Source: Nemertoderma westbladi (lineage: Eukaryota > Animalia > Xenacoelomorpha). Taken from it: DNA of 44,104 bases. Positions 32,693-42,415 of this stretch are shown here, piece by piece. The notes under the pieces were generated by a model that worked only from the letters and a program-made list of their open reading frames with translations, did no database searches and was not told where the DNA came from. The position numbers and the translations under genes were made by a program. The stretch is from contig JAUCBJ010008417.1 of assembly GCA_032718475.1 (NCBI GenBank), positions 1 to 44,104 on the forward strand, written 5' to 3'. Numbering within the stretch: position 1 is the stretch's first letter; every line of letters begins with the position of its first letter.

Positions 32693-33485
32693 ACAGTTAT
32701 TACGTTGTACTACCCTCAAACGCAAACCCCATAGAATTCCCACCTAATAGCGCCAGCGATTTCCAAACAAATTTGCAAATTCCTTTACCTTTCGCTAGAG
32801 GGCAATGGTTAGTAGGTTTAACCGGTATAACGTACGTATCTAGTATCAGGTATGACAATAGCGACATTTATATAAAGGCCATAAAAAATAAAAAAATGAT
32901 GTTACTCTCCCCGAAGGATCTTTCCTATCATTGGAAAGGATCATTGAGTACTTCAACAAAAGCCTTATTAAAGGCCAAATTAATATAATTGATAATAGAG
33001 CACGCTCTGGTAATATAACCATACATTTTAAAGGTAAACAGTTGTCGATATTTGTCAGTAAACGTTTGGGTGGTTACCTAGGATTAACAGAACACGAGGT
33101 TGATGGCAAAGGTTTTATGTGTGTACAAAATGCTGTAGGGGATTATCACTTGCTAAGGATTGATTCACGGAATAATAAGTACAACTGCCATAAGCATCCT
33201 GATGCTGTCGAAATACTGGAACCCAACATAAATATACTTATCAATTGCATCGAACCTCAATTTGTAGACAATAGCGAATACCCTCTGTTGCGTAGCATAC
33301 CCATAGAAGGGGAATATGGGCAAATTATTAGTCGAGAAGTTGAGGAAGTCTACTATAAAAAAGTTAATTTAACATCTAATTTACGTTATATACGAGTTCG
33401 GTTGATTGGAGATTCAGGAAATTTGTTGCAATTTCATTATGGAGATTCAATTTTAACACTTCATTTTATACGAATTGACAAATGA
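32689..33485 (+). pseudogene. Minor capsid (penton-like) protein 2, frameshift near 32890
   Basis: YVVLPSNA..FPPNSASDF..L..PL..WLVGLTGI and NCIEPQFV..PLLRSI..IRVRL..LTLHF in adjacent frames. Confidence 0.85.
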
Positions 33486-33560
33486 GGTGGCTTCAATTAT
33501 TAACTTGGAAGAAACGTTTCACCAAAATTTTTGTAAACATTTTTATTTGTTGTCATCAAT

Positions 33561-34139
33561 ATGAACAAATACCTAAGTCGCGACAGTGATTATCCTCCCC
33601 TTGGTAAGCCTGGGATAATAATAGATTTCCAGTATTATACAATCCATTCGCAGAACAGCCAACCCATTGGAACCATTTACTTCAAAGAGTTTGCTGTATA
33701 TAACAGTATTACTGAATCTGTTGAAAATGTTTGGTTCATTTACGGACCGACTGCCAAAGAATTAACTTCAAGTGAATGCGAACGCCTCACCCATGTCTGC
33801 AATATAAGCCATCATATAAATTTTGATTATGGTTTTATTGATCAAAATACATTCAAGATATTTATACAGGAATGGTTGCGGGAAAAGGCACGTCGAGGAT
33901 TTGAAATTTTAATTCGCGGAGCACCAAAATTATATATATTAAAAAATGAATTTAAAGTCAGTGCAAAACTTTTAGAGTCTTATGGGATAAATGAAAAATA
34001 TGTTGCTTATAATGTAAAATGCCCTTACCATGATACTCTAGTAACAAAGTGTGCATTTCATTCTGATATTGGCGATGCGTGTTCCAATTACTGTTCCATC
34101 AAACTCGCCGCTGGCTATGGTGAATGGTTATTAAAGTAA
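33561..34139 (+). CDS. Polinton-associated protein with a DEDD-exonuclease-like N-terminus and Cys/His C-terminus
   Basis: IIIDFQYY..FKEFAV..HHINFDYG..IRGAPK..CAFH..CSIK; similarity judged by eye. Confidence 0.55.
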   Translation: MNKYLSRDSDYPPLGKPGIIIDFQYYTIHSQNSQPIGTIYFKEFAVYNSITESVENVWFIYGPTAKELTSSECERLTHVCNISHHINFDYGFIDQNTFKIFIQEWLREKARRGFEILIRGAPKLYILKNEFKVSAKLLESYGINEKYVAYNVKCPYHDTLVTKCAFHSDIGDACSNYCSIKLAAGYGEWLLK

Positions 34140-34393
34140 TTATTACGTCAAATTATAATATTTAAACCATCAAATTGTAAAGTAAAATGTTGTTAATATT
34201 GTTGATTAGTAAAACAACTTTAATTTGTTGGTGGTTTTCATTATATTTACTGTTGTTGTTGTTGTTGTAGTACTATGTTTATAGCAGTTATATGCAATAT
34301 CTAATGTTTATTGTTTGTGCATATACGTATGCGGTGATAGTTATTCTTATTATTTTATTATAGGACCTATGATATAATAAATAAATAAAACTA

Positions 34394-34957
34394 ATGGCAG
34401 ATTCAAATTTATTTAAATTATATAGCAGCCCGCATGCTCAACGAGGGGGAGGGGGTTATAACGACATACCAGTTTTTAAGGGTGGTGCCATTCTTCCAGG
34501 TAATATAACCCAAATTAACCCACCTAAAAGTAACTTACTTGGGCCTATTTGGAGTAATAGACTCAGGCAGCGGCGTGGGTGGATTAATAATAGACTCAGA
34601 CAAGGGCGAGCCAATAAACAGCGGGGAAAAGGAATGCTGACAACTGGGCTTGGATTATTAGCCCGTAAGTTAGGGCGTAAAGTACTAACTAAAGCACTTC
34701 CAAAGGTGGCAAAAGCGGCACGAAAATATATAATTCCCGAAGGTAAACGTTTCTTGCATCGCAAAGCGGATGATTTGTTGAATAAAGCGGCGGGCCGTAT
34801 GAGGCCTAAGACGCGTAGAATTGCCCAGCGCGTATACGACGAATTCAACAAGCCAACAACTAAAAAAAAGAAGGGGGGCAAACGGCGACACCCAACTGTG
34901 GGTATGAACGTTAGGCGTAAAAAGCGAAATAATCATTGCAATGATGTATTTGCATAA
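34394..34957 (+). CDS. Highly basic core (pVII-like) protein precursor
   Basis: Arg/Lys-rich; QRGGG, PVFKGG, QRGKG motifs; directly upstream of the major capsid gene. Confidence 0.75.
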   Translation: MADSNLFKLYSSPHAQRGGGGYNDIPVFKGGAILPGNITQINPPKSNLLGPIWSNRLRQRRGWINNRLRQGRANKQRGKGMLTTGLGLLARKLGRKVLTKALPKVAKAARKYIIPEGKRFLHRKADDLLNKAAGRMRPKTRRIAQRVYDEFNKPTTKKKKGGKRRHPTVGMNVRRKKRNNHCNDVFA

Positions 34958-34980
34958 AAAATGAAAATAAAACTGAAACT

Positions 34981-35835
34981 ATGAGCAAAAGAGAATTATC
35001 TTTATTTTCGAGTAAAGCTAATCAAAGAGAATACACATCTTCACACTGGTTGGACATTTACCCGATTTCTACTCTCGACGCAAATGCGCGCCAAATCGAA
35101 TTTTTTGTACCCGAATCAAACATTCTTTATACAGATTTGAAAAATTCCAAATTCCACATCAAATATAAAATTACCTGGGACGGCGATAGAGCTAACGACA
35201 ATACTACCCTCCACCATCTCAATTATCCCGGCGGCACACTCTTTGAAAATTGCTCTTTATATTTAAACGAAAAACTTGTCGAAACCTCGAATGGGTTCTA
35301 TGCTTATAAGTCTATATTTCAAACATTGCTACTGACAGACGCAAATGAAAAAAGTGGCATCTTGAGGGCTGGTGGCTATGAGAATAATGAGAATAACCAG
35401 GGTGGTGTCCCTGTTGGCACTGACAACAACATATGTGATTGAATTTATGAATTTATATCAAATTCGTCATTGCGCCACTCTTTATGGATTTGGCTGCTCA
35501 GGATAAACTTCTGCCACCTGGAATTTCTGCTCGAATTCGTATGGACCGTGTGTCGCATAATTTTTTCCTGAAGGTTGAGCCTCCTGCCGGATTAACAAAT
35601 GCGAGAGTAGAAATAATGGCCATCAATCTAAAGATAAAATGCCATAAAATCGATGATGAAGTGGCACGAGTGCATCTTGTAGGTTCACAGAAAAATGACT
35701 TTATATATAACTTATTGAAGCAAGATGTGAAGACCTTCACAATTGCGGGCGGGCAGTCAAGTTATACTCACTCAAGTATAATTCAAGGGAGGTTACCGAA
35801 ATATATTCTGTTGGGCATGCTCACTAATGCCAGCT
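34981..35835 (+). pseudogene. Major capsid protein (double jelly-roll), copy 1: internal indel and 3' truncation
   Basis: KRELSLF..YPISTL..IEFFVP..YTDLKNS..TLF..YAYKS..QDKLLPPG..GRLPKYILLGM. Confidence 0.92.
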
Positions 35836-36306
35836 TGTTAGCTTATCCAATTCCGCTAACATGAACCCACAAAGTAAGCCGTTGAGCAATATTGGGAGCA
35901 CGAGGTTGATTACCAATCAACCTCGTGTCAGCCCAGTAAACGGGGACAATAGGCCCCAAAGGAGACACACACAATAAGGGTCAGGGGCCAAACCCCTAAC
36001 AGAGAGAGAACAACAGGGGCAACGGGAAACACACCAGGGAAGGTGAAAGGGCGAGAAGTGGGTGGGATATTAGCCAATGGGGGGACAGCATCGACTAGGT
36101 ACAGTAATATGGCCAACTGTGCAGTACATATATTACCTGTTGGTGCTTCCCTATTCAGTTTAGTTTACTCAGTCAGATCTGTAGGGTGGAACGGGGACTT
36201 CTGTCACCGTCCGCTACCGCCATCATACATACTTATCTACCGGTAACCGTGTCATGCTATACTGTGCTATATCAGACTATTATACCTTTATACATATTAC
36301 CGAACA
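35836..36306 (+). repeat. Putative 5' LTR (471 bp) inserted in the capsid gene
   Basis: Capsid similarity stops at TGTTAG; ends CGAACA; CCAAT ~36074, TATATTA 36129, TCAGTT initiator 36155. Confidence 0.65.
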
Positions 36307-36387
36307 TCAGAACTCTTTTACCTTTCACACACGGCGGGGACGCGTGGATAGAAAACCCAACGGATAAACCGGGATCCGTAGATCCCG

Positions 36388-36552
36388 TCACAGTGACAGA
36401 ATCAGATCCACCCAGCTGCCCTGACAGTGATAGAATCCCAGCAGCTGCCCTAACAGTCTGACAGTGACAGAATCAGATCCGCCCAGCTGCCCTGACAGTG
36501 ATAGAATCCTAGCAGCTGCCCTAACAGTCTGACAGTGATAGAACTAGATCCA
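36388..36552 (+). repeat. 70-bp tandem repeat (~2.3 copies) in the retroelement leader
   Basis: ACAGTGA(C/T)AGAA subunit x5. Confidence 0.9.
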
Positions 36553-36593
36553 ACCAACTGACAGACTGTGGCTGCCAGCCACCAAAGACAAAG

Positions 36594-37841
36594 ATGAGCC
36601 GAATAGGAGAGACGACACCGCCGTGGACCCCGGACGACAACCTAATGATCCGCGAGGCCGCGGCGAGACGGCATCGACCCACGACGCCGGATCCGTCGAC
36701 TACAGACGATCCGGCAACCCAAACGGAGGGGGGCCGTCTACAACGAGAAGGAAGAGACGAGTCGGGAGTCGAAAGGGAGAAAGACGAGTCGACGCGGAGC
36801 GAGGGTCGACATACCGATGTCACCGGTCAGCCACAGACCGAGGGCGACGGACGGCCCACCGGAACGGCGACGGTGGGGCCGCCCGTACGACGTCGGACCC
36901 GGAGAGATGGAGGAGAGGTCGGCGACGAGGACGTCGGGGTTTCTGATCGACTTAGACGGGCCTACGCCGCGACCCGGGAGCAACTGAAGGAAGCTAGAGG
37001 AGGGGCTGAGATAGACCAGGTGAAGTTGACGAGACGACTAGGTGAGTCGAACAGATACTTTGATTACCTAGTGTGTTCTGGGCAGAGAGAACTAGCCGAG
37101 GAGAGAGCGAGGGGGGTTGCCAACGAACTGATTGAACTATGGGAATGTGGGGGTATGGAACCTAGCGTAGTGTACGTAGGGCCATACTTAGTCGATGCCC
37201 GGGGAGTAAAATTAGTGGGTTGGAAGAGACCTGAGGAGGGCGAATCCGAGGTTAAACCCGAGGATTCGGTCTCGTCGGTCGGAGGAAGTTCCGGGAGGCG
37301 GGGGAAAGTTGGTGGGACGGAGGGGCGACGGGAGTCCGTCGCAACCGATAAGTCTGCTACATCCTCCACGAAAGAAAGAAGGGTGCTGAAAATAAATCTG
37401 ACGTATGAATTAGCAATGGTGGCGAGAGAGCAGAAAGAATTAGAGAGGCAAGTGAGTCAGCAAACCGCATGGTTGGAGAGAGAAAGAGAGTGGGCAAGGG
37501 AGGATAGAGAGAGAGTCGAGGTGTGTAGAGAGAGAGTCAAGGAGTGTAGAGAGCGGGAGATGAGAGTAGAGAGCGAGCCGGCGAGGCGGTTTGAGATGGT
37601 TGCGAGAGATACCAAGTTGGCCGAGCAAAGTTTACGAGAGTGCATAGAGAGAGAGATAGGGGCAGAGCGTGAGCGGGATGATTTGCGTGCCCGGCTAGGC
37701 AGGCTTGCGCAATATCAAGCCAAACTGGAGCGGCGCCGACTAGAACTGGCGCGGTTGGAACTGTCAGAGAGTGAGACCCCACTTACAGGCACCGGGCGAG
37801 AGAACCAGAACTGGTGTAGCCGTACGGGCGGGGGGGCGTAG
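36594..37841 (+). CDS. BEL/Pao-like gag N-terminus (415 aa), followed out of frame by an Asn-rich segment; pol absent
   Basis: EVKPEDSVSSVG motif, Ser-rich linker and long coiled coil typical of BEL/Pao polyproteins. Confidence 0.75.
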   Translation: MSRIGETTPPWTPDDNLMIREAAARRHRPTTPDPSTTDDPATQTEGGRLQREGRDESGVEREKDESTRSEGRHTDVTGQPQTEGDGRPTGTATVGPPVRRRTRRDGGEVGDEDVGVSDRLRRAYAATREQLKEARGGAEIDQVKLTRRLGESNRYFDYLVCSGQRELAEERARGVANELIELWECGGMEPSVVYVGPYLVDARGVKLVGWKRPEEGESEVKPEDSVSSVGGSSGRRGKVGGTEGRRESVATDKSATSSTKERRVLKINLTYELAMVAREQKELERQVSQQTAWLEREREWAREDRERVEVCRERVKECREREMRVESEPARRFEMVARDTKLAEQSLRECIEREIGAERERDDLRARLGRLAQYQAKLERRRLELARLELSESETPLTGTGRENQNWCSRTGGGA

Positions 37842-38096
37842 TAATAGTACGTTAGAAGTAATTAATATTAATAGTACCGTAGTAGATAACCCTAATCCAT
37901 TTATTACAGGAAATAATATTTTACCGGGTAGTAGTAATTTAAATTTAAATACAAATACTCTAAATAATAATTTCAATTCAAACCCGCAAAATAATTCGAA
38001 TAATAATTTAAGTTTAGAGAATAGTAGTGATCTAAGTAATTTAAATAATTTAAATAATAATCCCGTTTCAAATTATTCAAATTCAAATTATTTAAC

Positions 38097-38518
38097 CGTA
38101 ATTCAATTAATCAAACCATGGTGTTCTAGGTTTTAAAACCTTGGTTTAAGGGACAAACCATGCTTTCATAGGTTTTTTAAACCTCGGTTTGAGAGATTAG
38201 CCATGAAATATAACCTTGGTATTTTGATTTGTAACCCCATTCTGGTATGGTACCCAAATATAAAACCTTAATTTAATTAACTCAAACCATGGTTTCAGAT
38301 ACTTTAAAACCTTGTTTTTGAGAGATTAACCACCGTTATTTGCTTGGAAAAGCGTCCTTGTAGATAGGATCATAATTAATGAAACAACGGTTCTATATGT
38401 TACTTTAACCTCCGGTTTCTTAAAATAACCCCCGGTAGTTTTGGTGTAAAAATACCCAGGGTTATTTTAGAAAACCGGCGGTTTTTTTAGTTAAAACCAA
38501 GGTTTATCTTTTTCAGTG
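38097..38518. mobile_element. One end of a CACTA/CMC-type DNA element
   Basis: Ends TTTTTCAGTG (reverse complement CACTGAAAAA); many AAACC(A/T)TGG-like subterminal palindromes; inverted repeat 38412-38478. Confidence 0.55.
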
Positions 38519-39263
38519 CAGTGCTAGTCCAGACTAGTGAATCCCATCATAATCTTGATCATTAGATACCCCCCATTATGTAAGTTATTTTTTTCTATTT
38601 TTTTTTATATGTTATTGTACGTTCCCATTTTCTACCTGTCCACTTAAAACTCGTTTTTAGATCCATCATTATGGTAATATTGTAAAATATCAAGACTTGA
38701 AAGTATATATCAGTATATTGCTGTAGCAATAGCAGGAGGTTTAACCATAATATTATAAACTCACCATTATTATTAACAATGGCGTCAGGACAACAAGGAA
38801 ATACTCCAGCGTTGTGACTTCCCTCCGATGTAAATATAGAAGGTACCGACAGCCCCCAGGGGACCTCAAGTGGAAAAAGAGCGAGCCAATATGGGAGTCA
38901 CACCCCCCCCCCCCCCCCCCCCCCAACAAAGGTGCTCATTACCCGTGGCTCCATTGGCGTAGGAACAGAAATTGACCCAGATCAAGCTACCCTGTTGAAG
39001 GATATTATCGAAACAATGGTAACCATAGATGAATGGGTAAATATTAAGGCATGGATAACCAGTTTAAGAGGTTGGCCACAGGATGTCAAATAAAAACGGG
39101 TATCCGGTTATGAATTTTTAATGTCGTTCTCACGGGCCATAATGGCACTCATCTGTATGAAGGGAGAAAACAAGCCATTGTTTGAAACAGGTATTGATTC
39201 GTTGACACTAGTCAAAAGAGCCTGGGGGCTCATAAGAGTTGTAGGGGGGAACCCTCAGGTTAT

Positions 39264-39540
39264 TGTACCAAAAACCAAACTTAAAGTGCCTAACGCCAAA
39301 ACTAAGTGGCAAGCAGGTAAAACGGATGAAGACAGGACCAACGAGGTTAATCCCCAATTAACCTCGTATCACACACCCAATAAACGGGGACAACAAACCC
39401 CGAAGGGCCACACAAAGGGAGGTCAGAGGTTAAACCTCTGGGAGAGGAAAGTGACAGCAGCGAGGGGGGAAACACTCCCACAGAGGTGGGAGCCGAGAAT
39501 TAGGTTATTGGCCAATCAGAGCCAAAGTAACTGCATCCGC
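39264..39540 (+). repeat. Truncated LTR related to 35836-36306
   Basis: Same ordered motifs: ACGAGGTT hairpin, TAAACGGGGACAA, GGTCAG.GG..AAACC.CT, GGGAAACAC, GCCAAT; left boundary approximate. Confidence 0.65.
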
Positions 39541-39565
39541 TAAAAATGAAAATAAAACTGAAACT

Positions 39566-40438
39566 ATGAGCAAAAGAGAATTATCTTTATTTTCGAGTAA
39601 AGCTAATCAAAGAGAATACACATCTTCACACTGGTTGGACATTTACCCGATTTCTACTCTCGACGCAAATGCGCGCCAAATCGAATTTTTTGTACCCGAA
39701 TCAAACATTCTTTATACAGATTTGAAAAATTCCAAATTCCACATCAAATATAAAATTACCTGGGACGGCGATAGAGCTAACGACAATACTACCCTCCACC
39801 ATCTCAATTATCCCGGCGGCACACTCTTTGAAAATTGCTCTTTATATTTAAACGAAAAACTTGTCGAAACCTCGAATGGGTTCTATGCTTATAAGTCTAT
39901 ATTTCAAACATTGCTACTGACAGACGCAAATGAAAAAAGTGGCATCTTGAGGGCTGGTGGCTATGAGAATAATGAGAATAACCAGGGTGGTGTCCCTGTT
40001 GGCACTGACAACAACATCCGTGGGAATTATATCAAATTCGTCATTGCGCCACTCTTTATGGATTTGGCTGCTCAGGATAAACTTCTGCCACCTGGAATTT
40101 CTGCTCGAATTCGTATGGACCGTGTGTCGCATAATTTTTTCCTGAAGGTTGAGCCTCCTGCCGGATTAACAAATGCGAGAGTAGAAATAATGGCCATCAA
40201 TCTAAAGATAAAATGCCATAAAATCGATGATGAAGTGGCACGAGTGCATCTTGTAGGTTCACAGAAAAATGACTTTATATATAACTTATTGAAGCAAGAT
40301 GTGAAGACCTTCACAATTGCGGGCGGGCAGTCAAGTTATACTCACTCAAGTATAATTCAAGGGAGGTTACCGAAATATATTCTGTTGGGCATGCTCACTA
40401 ATGCCAGCTTGTTAGCTTATCCAATTCCGCTAACATGA
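39566..40438 (+). CDS. Major capsid protein copy 2, open for 290 codons but truncated by the LTR at ~40410
   Basis: Same as copy 1 without the indel; the last ~9 residues are LTR-derived. Confidence 0.9.
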   Translation: MSKRELSLFSSKANQREYTSSHWLDIYPISTLDANARQIEFFVPESNILYTDLKNSKFHIKYKITWDGDRANDNTTLHHLNYPGGTLFENCSLYLNEKLVETSNGFYAYKSIFQTLLLTDANEKSGILRAGGYENNENNQGGVPVGTDNNIRGNYIKFVIAPLFMDLAAQDKLLPPGISARIRMDRVSHNFFLKVEPPAGLTNARVEIMAINLKIKCHKIDDEVARVHLVGSQKNDFIYNLLKQDVKTFTIAGGQSSYTHSSIIQGRLPKYILLGMLTNASLLAYPIPLT

Positions 40439-41167
40439 ACCCACAAAGTAAGCCGTTGAGCAATATTGGGAGCACGAGGTTGATTACCAATCAACCTCGT
40501 GTCAGCCCAGTAAACGGGGACAATAGGCCCCAAAGGAGACACACACAATAAGGGTCAGGGGCCAAACCCCTAACAGAGAGAGAACAACAGGGGCAACGGG
40601 AAACACACCAGGGAAGGTGAAAGGGCGAGAAGTGGGTGGTATATTAGCCAATGGGGGGACAGCATCGACTAGGTACAGTAATATGGCCAACTGTGCAGTA
40701 CATATATTACCTGTTGGTGCTTCCCTATTCAGTTTAGTTTACTCAGTCAGATCAGTAGGGTGGAACGGGGACTTCTGTCACCGTCCGCTACCGCCATCAT
40801 ACATACTTATCTACCGGTAACCGTGTCATGCTATACTGTGCTATATCAGACTATTATACCTTTATACATATTACCGAACATCAGAACTCTTTTACCTTTC
40901 ACACACGGCGGGGACGCGTGGATAGAAAACCCAACGGATAAACCGGGATCCGTAGATCCCGTCACAGTGACAGAATCAGATCCACCCAGCTGCCCTGACA
41001 GTGATAGAATCCCAGCAGCTGCCCTAACAGTCTGACAGTGACAGAATCAGATCCGCCCAGCTGCCCTGACAGTGATAGAATCCTAGCAGCTGCCCTAACA
41101 GTCTGACAGTGATAGAACTAGATCCAACCAACTGACAGACTGTGGCTGCCAGCCACCAAAGACAAAG

Positions 41168-42415
41168 ATGAGCCGAATAGGAGAGACGACACCGCCGTGG
41201 ACCCCGGACGACAACCTAATGATCCGCGAGGCTGCGGCGAGACGGCATCGACCCACGACGCCGGATCCGTCGACTACAGACGATCCGGCAACCCAAACGG
41301 AGGGGGGCCGTCTACAACGAGAAGGAAGAGACGAGTCGGGAGTCGAAAGGGAGAAAGACGAGTCGACGCGGAGCGAGGGTCGACATACCGATGTCACCGG
41401 TCAGCCACAGACCGAGGGCGACGGACGGCCCACCTGAACGGCGACGGTGGGGCCGCCCGTACGACGTCGGACCCGGAGAGATGGAGGAGAGGTCGGCGAC
41501 GAGGACGTCGGGGTTTCTGATCGACTTCGACGGGCCTACGCCGCGACCCGGGAGCAACTGAAGGAAGCTAGAGGAGGGGCTGAGATAGACCAGGTGAAGT
41601 TGAGGAGACGACTAGGTGAGTCGAACAGATACTTTGATTACCTAGTGTGTTCTGGGCAGAGAGAACTAGCCGAGGAGAGAGCGAGGGGGGTTGCCAACGA
41701 ACTGATTGAACTATGGGAATGTGGGGGTATGGAACCTAGCGTAGTGTACGTAGGGCCATACTTAGTCGATGCCCGGGGAGTAAAATTAGTGGGTTGGAAG
41801 AGACCTGAGGAGGGCGAATCCGAGGTTAAACCCGAGGATTCGGTCTCGTCGGTCGGAGGAAGTTCCGGGAGGCGGGGGAAAGTTGGTGGGACGGAGGGGC
41901 GACGGGAGTCCGTCGCAACCGATAAGTCTGCTACATCCTCCACGAAAGAAAGAAGGGTGCTGAAAATAAATCTGACGTATGAATTAGCAATGGTGGCGAG
42001 AGAGCAGAAAGAATTAGAGAGGCAAGTGAGTCAGCAAACCGCATGGTTGGAGAGAGAAAGAGAGTGGGCAAGGGAGGATAGAGAGAGAGTCGAGGTGTGT
42101 AGAGAGAGAGTCAAGGAGTGTAGAGAGCGGGAGATGAGAGTAGAGAGCGAGCCGGCGAGGCGGTTTGAGATGGTTGCGAGAGATACCAAGTTGGCCGAGC
42201 AAAGTTTACGAGAGTGCATAGAGAGAGAGATAGGGGCAGAGCGTGAGCGGGATGATTTGCGTGCCCGGCTAGGCAGGCTTGCGCAATATCAAGCCAAACT
42301 GGAGCGGCGCCGACTAGAACTGGCGCGGTTGGAACTGTCAGAGAGTGAGACCCCACTTACAGGCACCGGGCGAGAGAACCAGAACTGGTGTAGCCGTACG
42401 GGCGGGGGGGCGTAG
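41168..42415 (+). pseudogene. gag copy 2 with premature stop
   Basis: GGA>TGA at 41435-41437 relative to copy 1. Confidence 0.85.

Larger units (their letters stand above)
21533..35835 (+). mobile_element. Polinton/Maverick (adintovirus-like endogenous DNA virus), decayed; termini not identified
   Basis: Co-linear pPolB, packaging ATPase, retroviral-type integrase, minor and major capsid genes. No TIR or protease gene seen; the right side is cut by an LTR insertion; the left boundary is a guess. Confidence 0.95.

Noticed and set aside
36307-36325. Primer-binding site after the LTR (TCAGAAC...)
   Set aside because: Only a short resemblance to tRNA-Leu-type sites. No convincing PBS was found for the 1676 LTR either, so the LTR ends remain provisional.
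36385-36430. RSS heptamer CACAGTG
   Set aside because: No nonamer at 12 or 23 bp; it is part of a tandem repeat
37825-37845. Programmed frameshift at the G run between gag and the Asn-rich frame
   Set aside because: This copy needs +1 (G7) while the copy near 8970 needs -1 (G10); independent slippage in a once-continuous ORF is simpler
38789-39543. ORF 39121-39543 and the upstream broken frame
   Set aside because: Multiple stops, no recognisable motif, and the 3' half is read-through into an LTR fragment
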